In this document: piece by piece, positions 47,501 to 57,149 of the stretch
Numbering within the stretch: the first letter of the stretch is position 1
Layout of the letters: every line of letters begins with the position of its first letter
NCBI GenBank assembly: GCA_040876835.1
Contig: JBBDOX010000010.1
Location: 8,230 to 72,229, forward strand
Reading direction: 5' to 3'
Length of the DNA: 64,000 nt
Source of the DNA: Candidatus Anderseniibacteriota bacterium
Lineage (GTDB): Bacteria > Patescibacteriota > Andersenbacteria > UBA10190
The notes under the pieces: generated by a model
What the model was told of the DNA's origin: nothing
The model's database searches: none
Seen by the model: the letters and a program-made list of their open reading frames with translations, nothing else
Made by a program: the position numbers and the translations under genes

Positions 47501-48574
47501 ATGAATCAGAAGAAAGATATAACTCTGTTAGCAATTGAAACCTCCTGTGATGAGACGGGTGTTGCCGTCGTGCGCCAAGAGGAACACGCTGTCCAGGTAT
47601 TGGGGGAGGCAGTAGCTTCTCAAATTGATATTCATAAGGAGACTGGTGGAGTGATTCCAGAAGTGGCTGCCAGAGAGCACGTCCGGGTCATCCGGCCTCT
47701 TATCGAAAAAATCATGCAGGAGTCTCAGGTTACCGGAGAAGACATCGATGCCATAGCCGTAACGGTGGGCCCCGGCCTTATGCCTGCTCTGTCTGTAGGT
47801 GTGCAGGCGGCACGTACGCTGGCGTATGCTTGGAACAAGCTGATTGTACCGATCCATCATTTAGAAGGACATGTATATTCTGCATTACTGCAAAAAGAAG
47901 AAAACAACCGATATACTATTGTCCCTGATTCTTTTCCCGCGCTGGCACTTATTGTGTCCGGTGGGCACACAATGCTTGTTCACATGCCAGCTCATTTGCA
48001 GTACCGGATCATCGGAACGACTCGCGACGATGCTGTAGGAGAAGTCTTTGATAAGGTGGCGCGCATGTTACAGTTGCCATACCCAGGAGGTCCACATGTG
48101 AGCAGGATAGCTGAGGAAGGAGACATGACTGCTTACCGGTTGCCTCGTCCAATGCTGGATTCTCACGATCTTGATTTTAGTTACTCCGGCCTTAAAACTG
48201 CCGTTTTGTATGCGATTCGCGATATGGATCCAACTACGTTTGAAGCTCAGAAGCCGCACCTGGCGGCATCCTTTGAGCAGGCGGTGGTAGAATCGCTAAC
48301 AGCAAAAGTTGCCATGGCTCTCACGCAGAATGAGTACCGCACGCTTTTACTAGCAGGTGGAGTGGCAGCTAATGCACGACTACGGAAAGAGTTAGTGAAC
48401 ACAGCAAGTGATCACAATGTTGAACTGCGTATCGCACCGATTACATTATGTGGTGATAACGCAACAATGATTGGTTTAGCCGCAGCCTTTGCTTACAATG
48501 CCCAGCGCATCCAGGATTGGAATAAGACTGATGCCATGGCGCGCACCAGCTTAGAATCCTTTTCAGTAATTTAA
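47501..48574 (+). CDS. tsaD: tRNA N6-threonylcarbamoyladenosine synthase TsaD
   Basis: IETSCDETG, GGVIPEVAAREH, HHLEGH, VSGGHT, DDAVGEVFDK, SYSGLKT, DNATMI. Confidence 0.97.
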   Translation: MNQKKDITLLAIETSCDETGVAVVRQEEHAVQVLGEAVASQIDIHKETGGVIPEVAAREHVRVIRPLIEKIMQESQVTGEDIDAIAVTVGPGLMPALSVGVQAARTLAYAWNKLIVPIHHLEGHVYSALLQKEENNRYTIVPDSFPALALIVSGGHTMLVHMPAHLQYRIIGTTRDDAVGEVFDKVARMLQLPYPGGPHVSRIAEEGDMTAYRLPRPMLDSHDLDFSYSGLKTAVLYAIRDMDPTTFEAQKPHLAASFEQAVVESLTAKVAMALTQNEYRTLLLAGGVAANARLRKELVNTASDHNVELRIAPITLCGDNATMIGLAAAFAYNAQRIQDWNKTDAMARTSLESFSVI

Positions 48575-49023
48575 GCGAAGGTTGGGTTTTTGGCGGCTGG
48601 ACTTACTTGATCGCGAACCGAAAGTAAAAGAGAGCGACGAAGTCGAGCACAGGATTCTTGGGGACAGTGGGCCAAGTGAGAAGCAACGGTATTAAAATGT
48701 TTTTGCTGACGCAAATCAACGGCCCGGCTCGTTTTGTACAAAAACGGCTGGACTTGGACACATCCCAAGAGTACTCGTTCTCGGAAAAGCCAATCAAGTT
48801 TGGCGTGCATGCCCTGTTTTACGTCTTTGCGTAATGTGATGCATTCCTTTTTATTGCATGTCAGTAAATGATCCAGGGCACTACGAAAGCCAACCTGACC
48901 AGAAACACTGTAAACAAAAGAGGGCATGCACTTTTTGTGCGCTTCGCTACAAGTGCAGCTGCGCGTAGGCGCAGCTGCGTCGTGAACAATCTGGAGTGGT
49001 CCTATGGCGATCGAATACGACAT
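48571..49023 (-). CDS. Hypothetical Cys/His-rich protein with duplicated H-x3-C-x4-C motif
   Basis: HLLTCNKKEC..LR and HLAHCPQESC..LR repeats; TATTCT-9nt-ATG. Confidence 0.65.
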   Translation of the reverse strand: MSYSIAIGPLQIVHDAAAPTRSCTCSEAHKKCMPSFVYSVSGQVGFRSALDHLLTCNKKECITLRKDVKQGMHAKLDWLFRERVLLGCVQVQPFLYKTSRAVDLRQQKHFNTVASHLAHCPQESCARLRRSLLLSVRDQVSPAAKNPTFA

Positions 49024-49163
49024 CTAAAACATAGAATACCTCGTTCTATAATTGTGCGCTACGTTGATTTTTAGCAGTTTCGGGTCCTAATAACCGCCTC
49101 ACTCATTATTTTCGCCTTTTCCGCTGTTTTACGCTACGATTTGCCTATATTTATTAACTGATC

Positions 49164-51743
49164 ATGAGCGAATTACCGAAACAATACGATCCAAAGACGT
49201 ATGAGCAGGAGCTGTATAGCGCGTGGGAAAAAGCAGGCGTTTTCAAGCCCAATCAAACAGCCATTAAGGAGGGAAAACAACCGTTTGTGATTATGCTGCC
49301 CCCGCCAAACATTACTGGCAGTTTACATATGGGACACGCTTTGCAGGATACAGTCATGGATATACTGGTGCGATTCCATCGAATGTTGGGACAGCCCACC
49401 ATGTGGGTACCGGGAATCGATCATGCGGCTATCGCCACGAACCGTGTACTAGAAAAGCAGTTAACCGCGGAGGGGCTATCACGCCAGGAGCTTGGGCGTG
49501 AGGCGTTCTTGGAACGAGCGGAGAAGTGGTATGAGGACACGGGGGCGATAATATTGGATCAGATGAAACGGCTCGGATGCTCCTGCGACTGGACGCGCCA
49601 GCGGTTTACCATGGACACGGAGTATTCTCGCGCTGTTCAGGAGGCATTTGTACGCTATCACGCGAAGAGCCTGATCTATCGGGGCAACCGCATGGTTAAC
49701 TGGTGCCCTCGCTGCGAATCTGTAGTATCAGACCTTGAAATTCAGCATGAGCAGCGTTCAACAAGGTTGGTAACCCTGCGTTATCCGTTAACGGACGGGT
49801 CTGGGGCTATTGAAGTTGCCACAACGCGCCCTGAGACGATGTTGGGAGATACAGCTGTTGCTGTTCATCCAGCTGATACGCGATATACACAGGCGGTGGG
49901 GAAAACAGTTCGTTTACCACTGATGGATCGAGTCATCCCCGTCATTGCGGATGAACGCATTGATCAGTCGTTTGGCACCGGAGCCGTCAAAGTAACGCCG
50001 GCTCATGATCCGCTTGACGCTCAGCTGGGCGAAACACATAAACTGCCGATTATTAACATCATTGGGGAGAGTGGAGCGCTGACGGAGCAGGCCGGACAGT
50101 TTGCGGGCTTATCAGTGGGAGAGGCCCGTAAGGCCGTTCTGAAAGCGTTAGATGAACAGGGGGTAGTTGTAAGCGAAGAAGATCACCAGCATGCCGTATC
50201 GCTGTGTGAGCGTTGCGGCACCGTTATCGAACCGCTCATCTCTCGTCAGTGGTTTATGGATATGAGTAAGTTAAAAAGTGAAACAATCTCGGTGGCGGAA
50301 CAGGGACTGGTGAAATTTGCACCTCCACGCTGGAAAAAACATTTCATTGAATGGATGAAGAGCGTTCACGATTGGACAATCAGCCGCCAGATCTGGTTAG
50401 GGCATCGCATTCCTGTGTGGTGGAAGCCTGGGGCGCGTGGGACAAATAATGAGGAGGGTAACTATGTGGTTTCGGTAGAAAAACCCGAAGGGGAGTGGGA
50501 ACAGGATCCTGACGTGCTCGATACCTGGTTTTCTTCTGCGCTCTGGCCATTTGCCACCTTGGGATGGCCTCAACAAAGCGAAAATATGAAAACATTTTAT
50601 CCTACGTCGGTTCTGGTTACCGGGCGCGATATTCTATACTTATGGGTAGCTCGTATGGTATTTTCCGGGCTAGAACTTCTGAAAGATCCGGTTTATGAGA
50701 GGCCAGCACAAAAAGATCGAATTCCATTTGATACTGTCTTTATACATCCCACAATCCTGGCCAAGGGCGGACAGCGCATGAGTAAAAGCCTAGGAACTGG
50801 AGTTGATCCACTGGAATTAATTGAACAATTCGGCGCTGATGCCACGCGCTTTGGATTGATATATCAGACTAGTTTTGATCAACAGGCGATGAAGTTCGAT
50901 GAAAGTGCGATTAAGGCTTCTCGAAATTTTGTAACTAAGTTGTGGAATATCGCTCGTTTGATTGATTCCGTAGAAGAAAAGGATGTACCGACGGTTGCTG
51001 ATGAATGGATCAGGGCGCGTAGCCTCACGGTAACTGCAGAGGTTACAGTCTTGCTGGAAGCATACAAATTTGGAGAGGCTGCGCACGTACTACACGAGTT
51101 CGTGTGGAAAGATTTTGCGGATTGGTATCTGGAAATATTGAAAGTTGAAGGCTCTACTGTAGTGGCTAGGCAAGTCTTCACTCACACTCTGCAGATACTT
51201 CATCCCTTCATGCCATATGTGACAGAAGTATTATGGAAGCACTTTAACCAAAGCGATTTCATTGCAACCAGTGAGTGGCCAGCTGTAGAAGCAGCTGGGT
51301 CAATGGCAGAAGAACCAATGCAATATTTTCAGCAGGTCGTAGAGACAATTCGCAGTGCTCGAGTGTTATTTAATATCAAGCCCAATAGCACGGTTGATAT
51401 CTACCTTGATAAACCAGTGTTTTCTCCAGCGGCGGCTGCCAAGATGACGAATGCGACCTTGATAGAGACTTCCACCTCAACTATGCGACACATCCCCTTA
51501 CCCGCTGGAGGGGTTATCGCTATTGGGTCTGAGGAGATTACGGAAGAGGGTGTAAGAGGAGCAGAGGCTAAGCTTATAAAAGAGCAGCAAGTATTAAAAA
51601 GCTCTCTCGTGGGCCAAGAAAAGGTTCTAGATGGTATGCGGGGTAAGGCTGATCCGGCTGTTATTGCCGAAAAAGAAGCACTTCTCACCCGTTCACAGGA
51701 GCGACTTCGAGAAATCAACAAGAGCTTGTCGCTGTTGAAATAA
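49164..51743 (+). CDS. valS: Valine--tRNA ligase
   Basis: PPPNITGSLHMGH, ATTRPETM, DWTISRQIW.GHRIP, DVLDTWFSS, RMSKS. Confidence 0.97.
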   Translation: MSELPKQYDPKTYEQELYSAWEKAGVFKPNQTAIKEGKQPFVIMLPPPNITGSLHMGHALQDTVMDILVRFHRMLGQPTMWVPGIDHAAIATNRVLEKQLTAEGLSRQELGREAFLERAEKWYEDTGAIILDQMKRLGCSCDWTRQRFTMDTEYSRAVQEAFVRYHAKSLIYRGNRMVNWCPRCESVVSDLEIQHEQRSTRLVTLRYPLTDGSGAIEVATTRPETMLGDTAVAVHPADTRYTQAVGKTVRLPLMDRVIPVIADERIDQSFGTGAVKVTPAHDPLDAQLGETHKLPIINIIGESGALTEQAGQFAGLSVGEARKAVLKALDEQGVVVSEEDHQHAVSLCERCGTVIEPLISRQWFMDMSKLKSETISVAEQGLVKFAPPRWKKHFIEWMKSVHDWTISRQIWLGHRIPVWWKPGARGTNNEEGNYVVSVEKPEGEWEQDPDVLDTWFSSALWPFATLGWPQQSENMKTFYPTSVLVTGRDILYLWVARMVFSGLELLKDPVYERPAQKDRIPFDTVFIHPTILAKGGQRMSKSLGTGVDPLELIEQFGADATRFGLIYQTSFDQQAMKFDESAIKASRNFVTKLWNIARLIDSVEEKDVPTVADEWIRARSLTVTAEVTVLLEAYKFGEAAHVLHEFVWKDFADWYLEILKVEGSTVVARQVFTHTLQILHPFMPYVTEVLWKHFNQSDFIATSEWPAVEAAGSMAEEPMQYFQQVVETIRSARVLFNIKPNSTVDIYLDKPVFSPAAAAKMTNATLIETSTSTMRHIPLPAGGVIAIGSEEITEEGVRGAEAKLIKEQQVLKSSLVGQEKVLDGMRGKADPAVIAEKEALLTRSQERLREINKSLSLLK

Positions 51744-51798
51744 GTTTATGGTATAGTAGGAGCAACAATTTTTTGCTACATTTGTACTTATACGATAT

Positions 51799-52359
51799 AT
51801 GCCACAAGAACCACGAAGTTTCTTTGAACGTCTAACCGGGGCTCGGGTATTGAGCCCATCAAACGAAGACGAAGATCAGCACGAAGAAGAGTTGCTGGAG
51901 CGAGATGTGTCCTATGAACCCCGCTTTTCTAATCAGGAAGTGGAAGAGGCTATGGATGAGACGGAAGTGGAAATGGATGAAGACTATTCTGACGAAGATG
52001 CCGGCGGACACGTTGGTGCTGAAGAGCAAGAAGGCCAGCTAACAGTCGACGTATTTCAAGATGATGAGAACATCATTGTCCAAAGCACAATCGCTGGAGT
52101 TTCTCCTGATGATCTGGATGTATCGATTACAAATGATATGGTAACAATTCGCGGCGAGCGCCGTCAGCAATATGATGCCGATAGTGAAGATTACTTCTAC
52201 CAGGAATGTTATTGGGGCACCTTCTCTCGTTCAATCATCCTGCCGATTGAAATTGACGCTGATCGAGCTGAAGCCAAGATTAAAAATGGCGTACTGACTA
52301 TTCGCATCCCTAAGGCTAACACCGCGGTTACCCGCAAGCTCAAAGTAAAATCCACTTAA
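51799..52359 (+). CDS. Hsp20/alpha-crystallin protein with acidic N-terminus
   Basis: QLTVDVFQ, ECYWGTFSRSIILP, A.IKNGVLTIRIPK. Confidence 0.92.
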   Translation: MPQEPRSFFERLTGARVLSPSNEDEDQHEEELLERDVSYEPRFSNQEVEEAMDETEVEMDEDYSDEDAGGHVGAEEQEGQLTVDVFQDDENIIVQSTIAGVSPDDLDVSITNDMVTIRGERRQQYDADSEDYFYQECYWGTFSRSIILPIEIDADRAEAKIKNGVLTIRIPKANTAVTRKLKVKST

Positions 52360-52368
52360 GGAAGAGAC

Positions 52369-52394
52369 AAAGCGCCCCAGAGGGCGCTTTTCTT
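52369..52394 (+). terminator. Intrinsic terminator after hsp20
   Basis: aaagcgccc-caga-gggcgcttt. Confidence 0.8.
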
Positions 52395-52423
52395 AACGGC
52401 AGCATTAGGTACACTTAGTTGCT

Positions 52424-52972
52424 ATGGATTGGTTCTTGTTATTAGTGGCCGGAGTGCTGGTGCTACTCATCCCCACGGCCTATGCGGGGAAGATTGGGGC
52501 GCCCTATGCGCCAACCAGGCGTGCTTCTATTCGAAAAACTTTTGAACAGCTTCAGATTGATGCTGACGATGTTGTTGTGGATCTGGGAGCAGGGGACGGT
52601 AGCGTTGTAATTGAAGCAGCTCGCAAAGGAGCGCAGGCCTACGGATACGAATTATCGCCGATCATGTTTTGTATCGCTTGGTCGCGTTCCCTGTTTCAGG
52701 AAAGAGCACGAATACGATTTGGAAATTTCTACAAACAATCAATCTCGGATGCTACTGTCGTCTTTGTGTTTTTACTGCCTCAAAATATGCCTCGACTTAA
52801 AGCGTATCTTGCCACCCAAAGCATTCCAGCAGGCAGATACTGTATTGCCTATGCTTTTCCCTTTCAGGATATGCCAGCCCTCACGACGATTCGGGAAAAA
52901 CGGGTACTGCCAATGTACGTCTACGATTTACAGGAATTAACTAATTCTGGGGCTAAAACTGGAAAATCTTAG
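52424..52972 (+). CDS. Membrane-anchored class I SAM-dependent methyltransferase
   Basis: GAPYAPT, VDLGAGDG, GYELSP. Confidence 0.85.
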   Translation: MDWFLLLVAGVLVLLIPTAYAGKIGAPYAPTRRASIRKTFEQLQIDADDVVVDLGAGDGSVVIEAARKGAQAYGYELSPIMFCIAWSRSLFQERARIRFGNFYKQSISDATVVFVFLLPQNMPRLKAYLATQSIPAGRYCIAYAFPFQDMPALTTIREKRVLPMYVYDLQELTNSGAKTGKS

Positions 52973-53011
52973 CGTTTCCTGTCATTGTGAAGCGGTAACG
53001 AACAAGCGGCT

Positions 53012-54451
53012 ATGGCCAAATTTTATATCACCACCCCTATCTACTACGTGAACTCTGCTCCGCATATTGGATCAGCGTATACGACAATCGCAGCTGATGT
53101 GTTAGCTCGCTATCATCGGAAAAAAGGAGACGACACGTTTTTGTTAACTGGCACAGCCGAACACGGTACTAAGATTGCTTTCAGCGCGGAGAAAGCCGGG
53201 AAAAGTCCTCAGGAGTTTACCAATGAGAATGCCCAAAAGTTTAAACTAGCTTGGGAGAAGTTGGATATCTCATACGATGACTTTATCCGCACCACAGAAG
53301 CGCGGCATGAAGCAGCCGTCATACTATTTTTTGAAAAGCTCAAAGAATCTGGGCAGATCTACGAAGGAGAGTACGAAGGCTTGTACTGCGTGGGGCACGA
53401 AGCGTTTGTTAAAGAAGCAGATTTAACCGAGGACGGTCTTTGTCCCGATCACAACACTGCTCCAGAAAAAGTAAAAGAGCAGAACTGGTTCTTTAAACTG
53501 TCGGACTACGGACAAGTTCTGAAGGAAAGGATAGAAAGTGGAGAGTTGCAGGTTGAACCCGAGTCTCGTCGCAATGAAGTACTGTCTTTTATTAACCAGG
53601 GACTCGAAGATATCGCTATTTCCCGCCGTAACGTGCCGTGGGCGATTCCGCTGCCTTGGGACAAGGATCAGACTATATACGTGTGGTTGGACGAGCTTTT
53701 CAATTATTGCTCAGCCATCGGCTATGGCCAGGATCAGGAGAAGTTTCATAAATACTGGCCGGCAGATGTTCATGTTGTCGGTAAAGACATTATTAAATTT
53801 CACTGTATTATCTGGCCGGCCCTGTTGTTGGCAATTAATGAAGAATTGCCGCGCAAGGTCTTTGCCCACGGATTCTTTACGGTTGATGGTCAAAAAATCA
53901 GTAAATCCTTAGGTAATGCCATTGATCCTGTTCAGCTAGTTGAGGAATATGGTTCTGATGCCGTGCGGTACTTTGTTCTGCGCGATATTCCCTTCGGTAG
54001 TGATGGAGATTTTTCTCACGAACGGTTCAAGAATCGCTACAATGCGGATCTGGCTAACGGGCTCGGCAACTTAACGTCCCGGGCACTCAACATGATTGAA
54101 AAATTTACACCCGGCCTTGAGCAGGGAAGTCCTTTACCCGCTGAACTTGCTGAGAAGCTTACGTATATCGACGGATACATTGAGGCGCTGGCGTTTGATA
54201 AGGCGTTAACTGAAATATGGGAAGTCATTGCCTGGGCGGATCAGCTGATCGAAACCACCAAACCGTGGGAGCTGGCCAAGGCTGGGCAACAAGACAAAAT
54301 TCAAGATATTCTGGCTCAACTGCTCACAGCCCTGGAAACCGTGAATGAAAAAACAGCTCCTTTTATGCCTAAAACCCACGCAACCTTATCAAGGCTTTTG
54401 GAGGACCGTCCGCTTAAGAAGCCCCTTGAGCCACTATTTGCGCGAAAATAA
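53012..54451 (+). CDS. metG: Methionine--tRNA ligase (short form)
   Basis: YITTPIYYVNSAPHIG, DDFIRTT, YVWLDEL, GKDIIKFH, KISKSLGN. Confidence 0.97.
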   Translation: MAKFYITTPIYYVNSAPHIGSAYTTIAADVLARYHRKKGDDTFLLTGTAEHGTKIAFSAEKAGKSPQEFTNENAQKFKLAWEKLDISYDDFIRTTEARHEAAVILFFEKLKESGQIYEGEYEGLYCVGHEAFVKEADLTEDGLCPDHNTAPEKVKEQNWFFKLSDYGQVLKERIESGELQVEPESRRNEVLSFINQGLEDIAISRRNVPWAIPLPWDKDQTIYVWLDELFNYCSAIGYGQDQEKFHKYWPADVHVVGKDIIKFHCIIWPALLLAINEELPRKVFAHGFFTVDGQKISKSLGNAIDPVQLVEEYGSDAVRYFVLRDIPFGSDGDFSHERFKNRYNADLANGLGNLTSRALNMIEKFTPGLEQGSPLPAELAEKLTYIDGYIEALAFDKALTEIWEVIAWADQLIETTKPWELAKAGQQDKIQDILAQLLTALETVNEKTAPFMPKTHATLSRLLEDRPLKKPLEPLFARK

Positions 54452-54595
54452 ATTGACGATCATATGTATTGGCGTCCAACCCCGGCTTGCCTTGCGACTG
54501 GTGACTAGAGAGCCATATACTGCATTGTTAGGGGTAAAACGCAACAGGTCTTGCGTTTAGAGGAGGTTGGAACGCATAGTAAACTCTATGGCTAA
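54452..54595 (+). pseudogene. Remnant of a YafQ/RelE-family mRNA interferase toxin
   Basis: Frame reads IDDH...ATGD*RAIY...[14 protein letters not shown], with in-frame TAG at 54506 and no 5' half. Confidence 0.65.
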
Positions 54596-55577
54596 ACTAC
54601 TTATTACAGGCGGAGCCGGCTTTATCGGTTCTAACTTTATTCACTACTGGCTAACGGAGCATCCGGATGATTCCATCGTGAATCTGGATTTACTCACCTA
54701 TGCAGGTAATCTCGATAGTCTGAAGGATCTCCCTGCCGATAGATATTCCTTTATCAAAGGAGATATCCGGGACAAAGAGGTGGTTGAGCAGGCGCTTGAA
54801 GGTGCTGATGCGCTGGTACACTTTGCAGCCGAGTCTCACGTCGATCGCTCCATTTTAGGTCCCGAAGCGTTCATAGAGACAAATGTCAAAGGCACCTTTG
54901 TCTTGCTTGAAGCTGTCCGAGAACGCCAGCTGCCGTTTCATCATGTCTCCACGGATGAAGTATTCGGAGCGCTGGAACTTGATAGCAAGGAAAAATTTAC
55001 CGAACGCACCCCTTACCAGCCGAATAGTCCGTACTCAGCATCCAAGGCCGGATCAGATCATCTGGTACGCGCCTATCATGAAACTTTTGGCGTACCCGCC
55101 ACAATTACAAATTGCTCTAACAACTTTGGGCCGTATCAGCATCCTGAGAAATTTATTCCCCGTATGATTACAAACCTTATCGACGGTGACACGGTAAAAA
55201 TATATGGAGACGGGAAGTATGTGCGTGATTGGCTGTATGTAGAAGATCACTGTCGAGCAATTGATGTTGTGTTGCGAAAGGGTAAAGTAGGGGAAACGTA
55301 CCTGGTGGGGGGAATGGATGAAGATGTAAGTAATCTCGATGTGGCCAAAAAGCTGCTGGAATATATGGGCCAAGGGGATGATAAAATTGACTTTGTTAAG
55401 GATCGTCCGGGGCATGATAGACGTTACGCTGTTGATTGGACGAAGATTCATCAGGAATTGGGATGGGAGCCGCAACACACGTTTGATGAGTGGCTAAATA
55501 AGACTGTCGACTGGTATAAAGATAACGAGTGGTGGTGGCGTCCCCAAAAGGAAGCCGCTGAAAAGATTTATGCCTAG
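54588..55577 (+). CDS. rfbB: dTDP-glucose 4,6-dehydratase
   Basis: [54 protein letters not shown]. Confidence 0.97.
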   Translation: MAKLLITGGAGFIGSNFIHYWLTEHPDDSIVNLDLLTYAGNLDSLKDLPADRYSFIKGDIRDKEVVEQALEGADALVHFAAESHVDRSILGPEAFIETNVKGTFVLLEAVRERQLPFHHVSTDEVFGALELDSKEKFTERTPYQPNSPYSASKAGSDHLVRAYHETFGVPATITNCSNNFGPYQHPEKFIPRMITNLIDGDTVKIYGDGKYVRDWLYVEDHCRAIDVVLRKGKVGETYLVGGMDEDVSNLDVAKKLLEYMGQGDDKIDFVKDRPGHDRRYAVDWTKIHQELGWEPQHTFDEWLNKTVDWYKDNEWWWRPQKEAAEKIYA

Positions 55578-55602
55578 GTAATAGGCTTGTGTGGTCCATA
55601 TC

Positions 55603-56457
55603 ATGATTGGGATCTTTGATAGCGGTTATGGTGGACTAACAATAGCGCGAGCACTAATGGATGCGTTGCCGCAGTACTCCTATGTCTATTTAGGAGACAA
55701 TGCTCGAGCACCATACGGACAACGTAGTCGAGAGGAAATTTTGCAGTTCACTACTCAGGGCATTGAATATCTCTTCGCCCAGGGTTGTGAAGTCGTAATT
55801 CTGGCTTGCAATACGGCTTCTGCTAATGCGCTGCGAGCGATTCAGCAGCATTTTCTTCCTTCCAAATATCCTCACAAGCGGGTTCTCGGTATTGTTGTTC
55901 CAACGATTGAGCAAATTACAGGCGTACCATGGCGTCATGTCGAGCCAATTCACCAGGCTCTTGAAAGTGAGCAGGCAACAGTGGGTATTCTGGCAACAGA
56001 GCAGACGGTAAACAGCGGCGCCTATGAAATTGAAATTACTAAGCGCAATCCCAACATCTTTGTGGCCCAGCAGGCCTGTAATGGTCTCGTCGAAGCGATA
56101 GAGGCAAATGATTCAGAAAAGATTGAGAAGCTGATTGAGCAGGCTATTACTGAGCTATATCAAAAAATACCCTCCTATCATCCACCCATCAGCGCGTTGC
56201 TGCTAGGATGTACACATTTTGAGCTCATTACCGATGGTATAAAAGCCCATTTGCCCAAAGATACTCACGTGTATGGTCAGCCGGAAATTGTGGCAAGTAG
56301 TTTTGTGCAATACCTCAAACGACATCCGGAAATACAAGGAAAACTCACTAGAATACCCGCTAGGCAGTTTTACACTACTGGTAATCCCGAAGAAGTTGCG
56401 GATAATGCCAGTCGCTACATGGGAATAAAAACACGTTTCAATATAGTACAGCTATAG
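55603..56457 (+). CDS. murI: Glutamate racemase
   Basis: IGIFDSG.GGLT, GDNARAPYG, LACNTA, LGCTHF catalytic cysteines. Confidence 0.95.
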   Translation: MIGIFDSGYGGLTIARALMDALPQYSYVYLGDNARAPYGQRSREEILQFTTQGIEYLFAQGCEVVILACNTASANALRAIQQHFLPSKYPHKRVLGIVVPTIEQITGVPWRHVEPIHQALESEQATVGILATEQTVNSGAYEIEITKRNPNIFVAQQACNGLVEAIEANDSEKIEKLIEQAITELYQKIPSYHPPISALLLGCTHFELITDGIKAHLPKDTHVYGQPEIVASSFVQYLKRHPEIQGKLTRIPARQFYTTGNPEEVADNASRYMGIKTRFNIVQL

Positions 56458-56579
56458 CGGGGGAAAACTCACGTTTGTAACGGTTGCAAAAAGGAAACAG
56501 ATTAGACATGATGTGACCACTGTGCATCCGCAAGGGCGAGATGCCACGCTCATTCAAGCTCGAGGAGGGAATCTCAACA

Positions 56580-57098
56580 ATGCTCTGGTGGCAAAGGTAC
56601 CCAATTGCCGGATCGGGACTCATCATTGTGCATGATCCTCCCGGCAAGAAGCGGCAGGTGCTGCTCCTGGAGGAGAAGAAAGAAAAGTTGGCACTCGGGA
56701 AGCCAGCAGGCTCGAAGTCGTTTCCGATGGAGACGCGACTCGAGAGTGAAAACAGCCCCGTGGAGACACTGTGGCGACTGTTGGAAGAGGAACTGGCCGG
56801 GACGATGACAGCTGATCTCGAGATCAGCGAGACACCTCGTGGACTCTACCAACTGGTCCCTGGGAAGTGGCTGCTTGTGTTCTGGGCTACAAGCCACACC
56901 GGGGTCACGCCAACAGGGAGATGGGACGCAGAAGTCTCTGGGCACGAGTGGAACGATCTGGCAGAGGCAGTCGAGCTTCCGACTCTGCGGCAGGGAGCAA
57001 AAGAAGCTCTTCGTGATCGTCGGGACGGTCTTCAGGGCCGGATCTGTGATCGCTGTGAAGTGCCGCCACTGATGAAGCAACTGCTCGTGCTTCTCTAG
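56580..57098 (+). CDS. Divergent NUDIX-fold protein, GC-rich islet E
   Basis: SGLII...VLLL, degenerate Nudix box P...ETLWRLLEEEL; SD GAGGAGGG; terminator agcgcc/ggcgct plus T-run near 57119-57150. Confidence 0.65.
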   Translation: MLWWQRYPIAGSGLIIVHDPPGKKRQVLLLEEKKEKLALGKPAGSKSFPMETRLESENSPVETLWRLLEEELAGTMTADLEISETPRGLYQLVPGKWLLVFWATSHTGVTPTGRWDAEVSGHEWNDLAEAVELPTLRQGAKEALRDRRDGLQGRICDRCEVPPLMKQLLVLL

Positions 57099-57149
57099 GA
57101 CTCTCTCAACTCGATCGCAGCGCCAGCTCTCCAGGGGAAGGCGCTTTTT

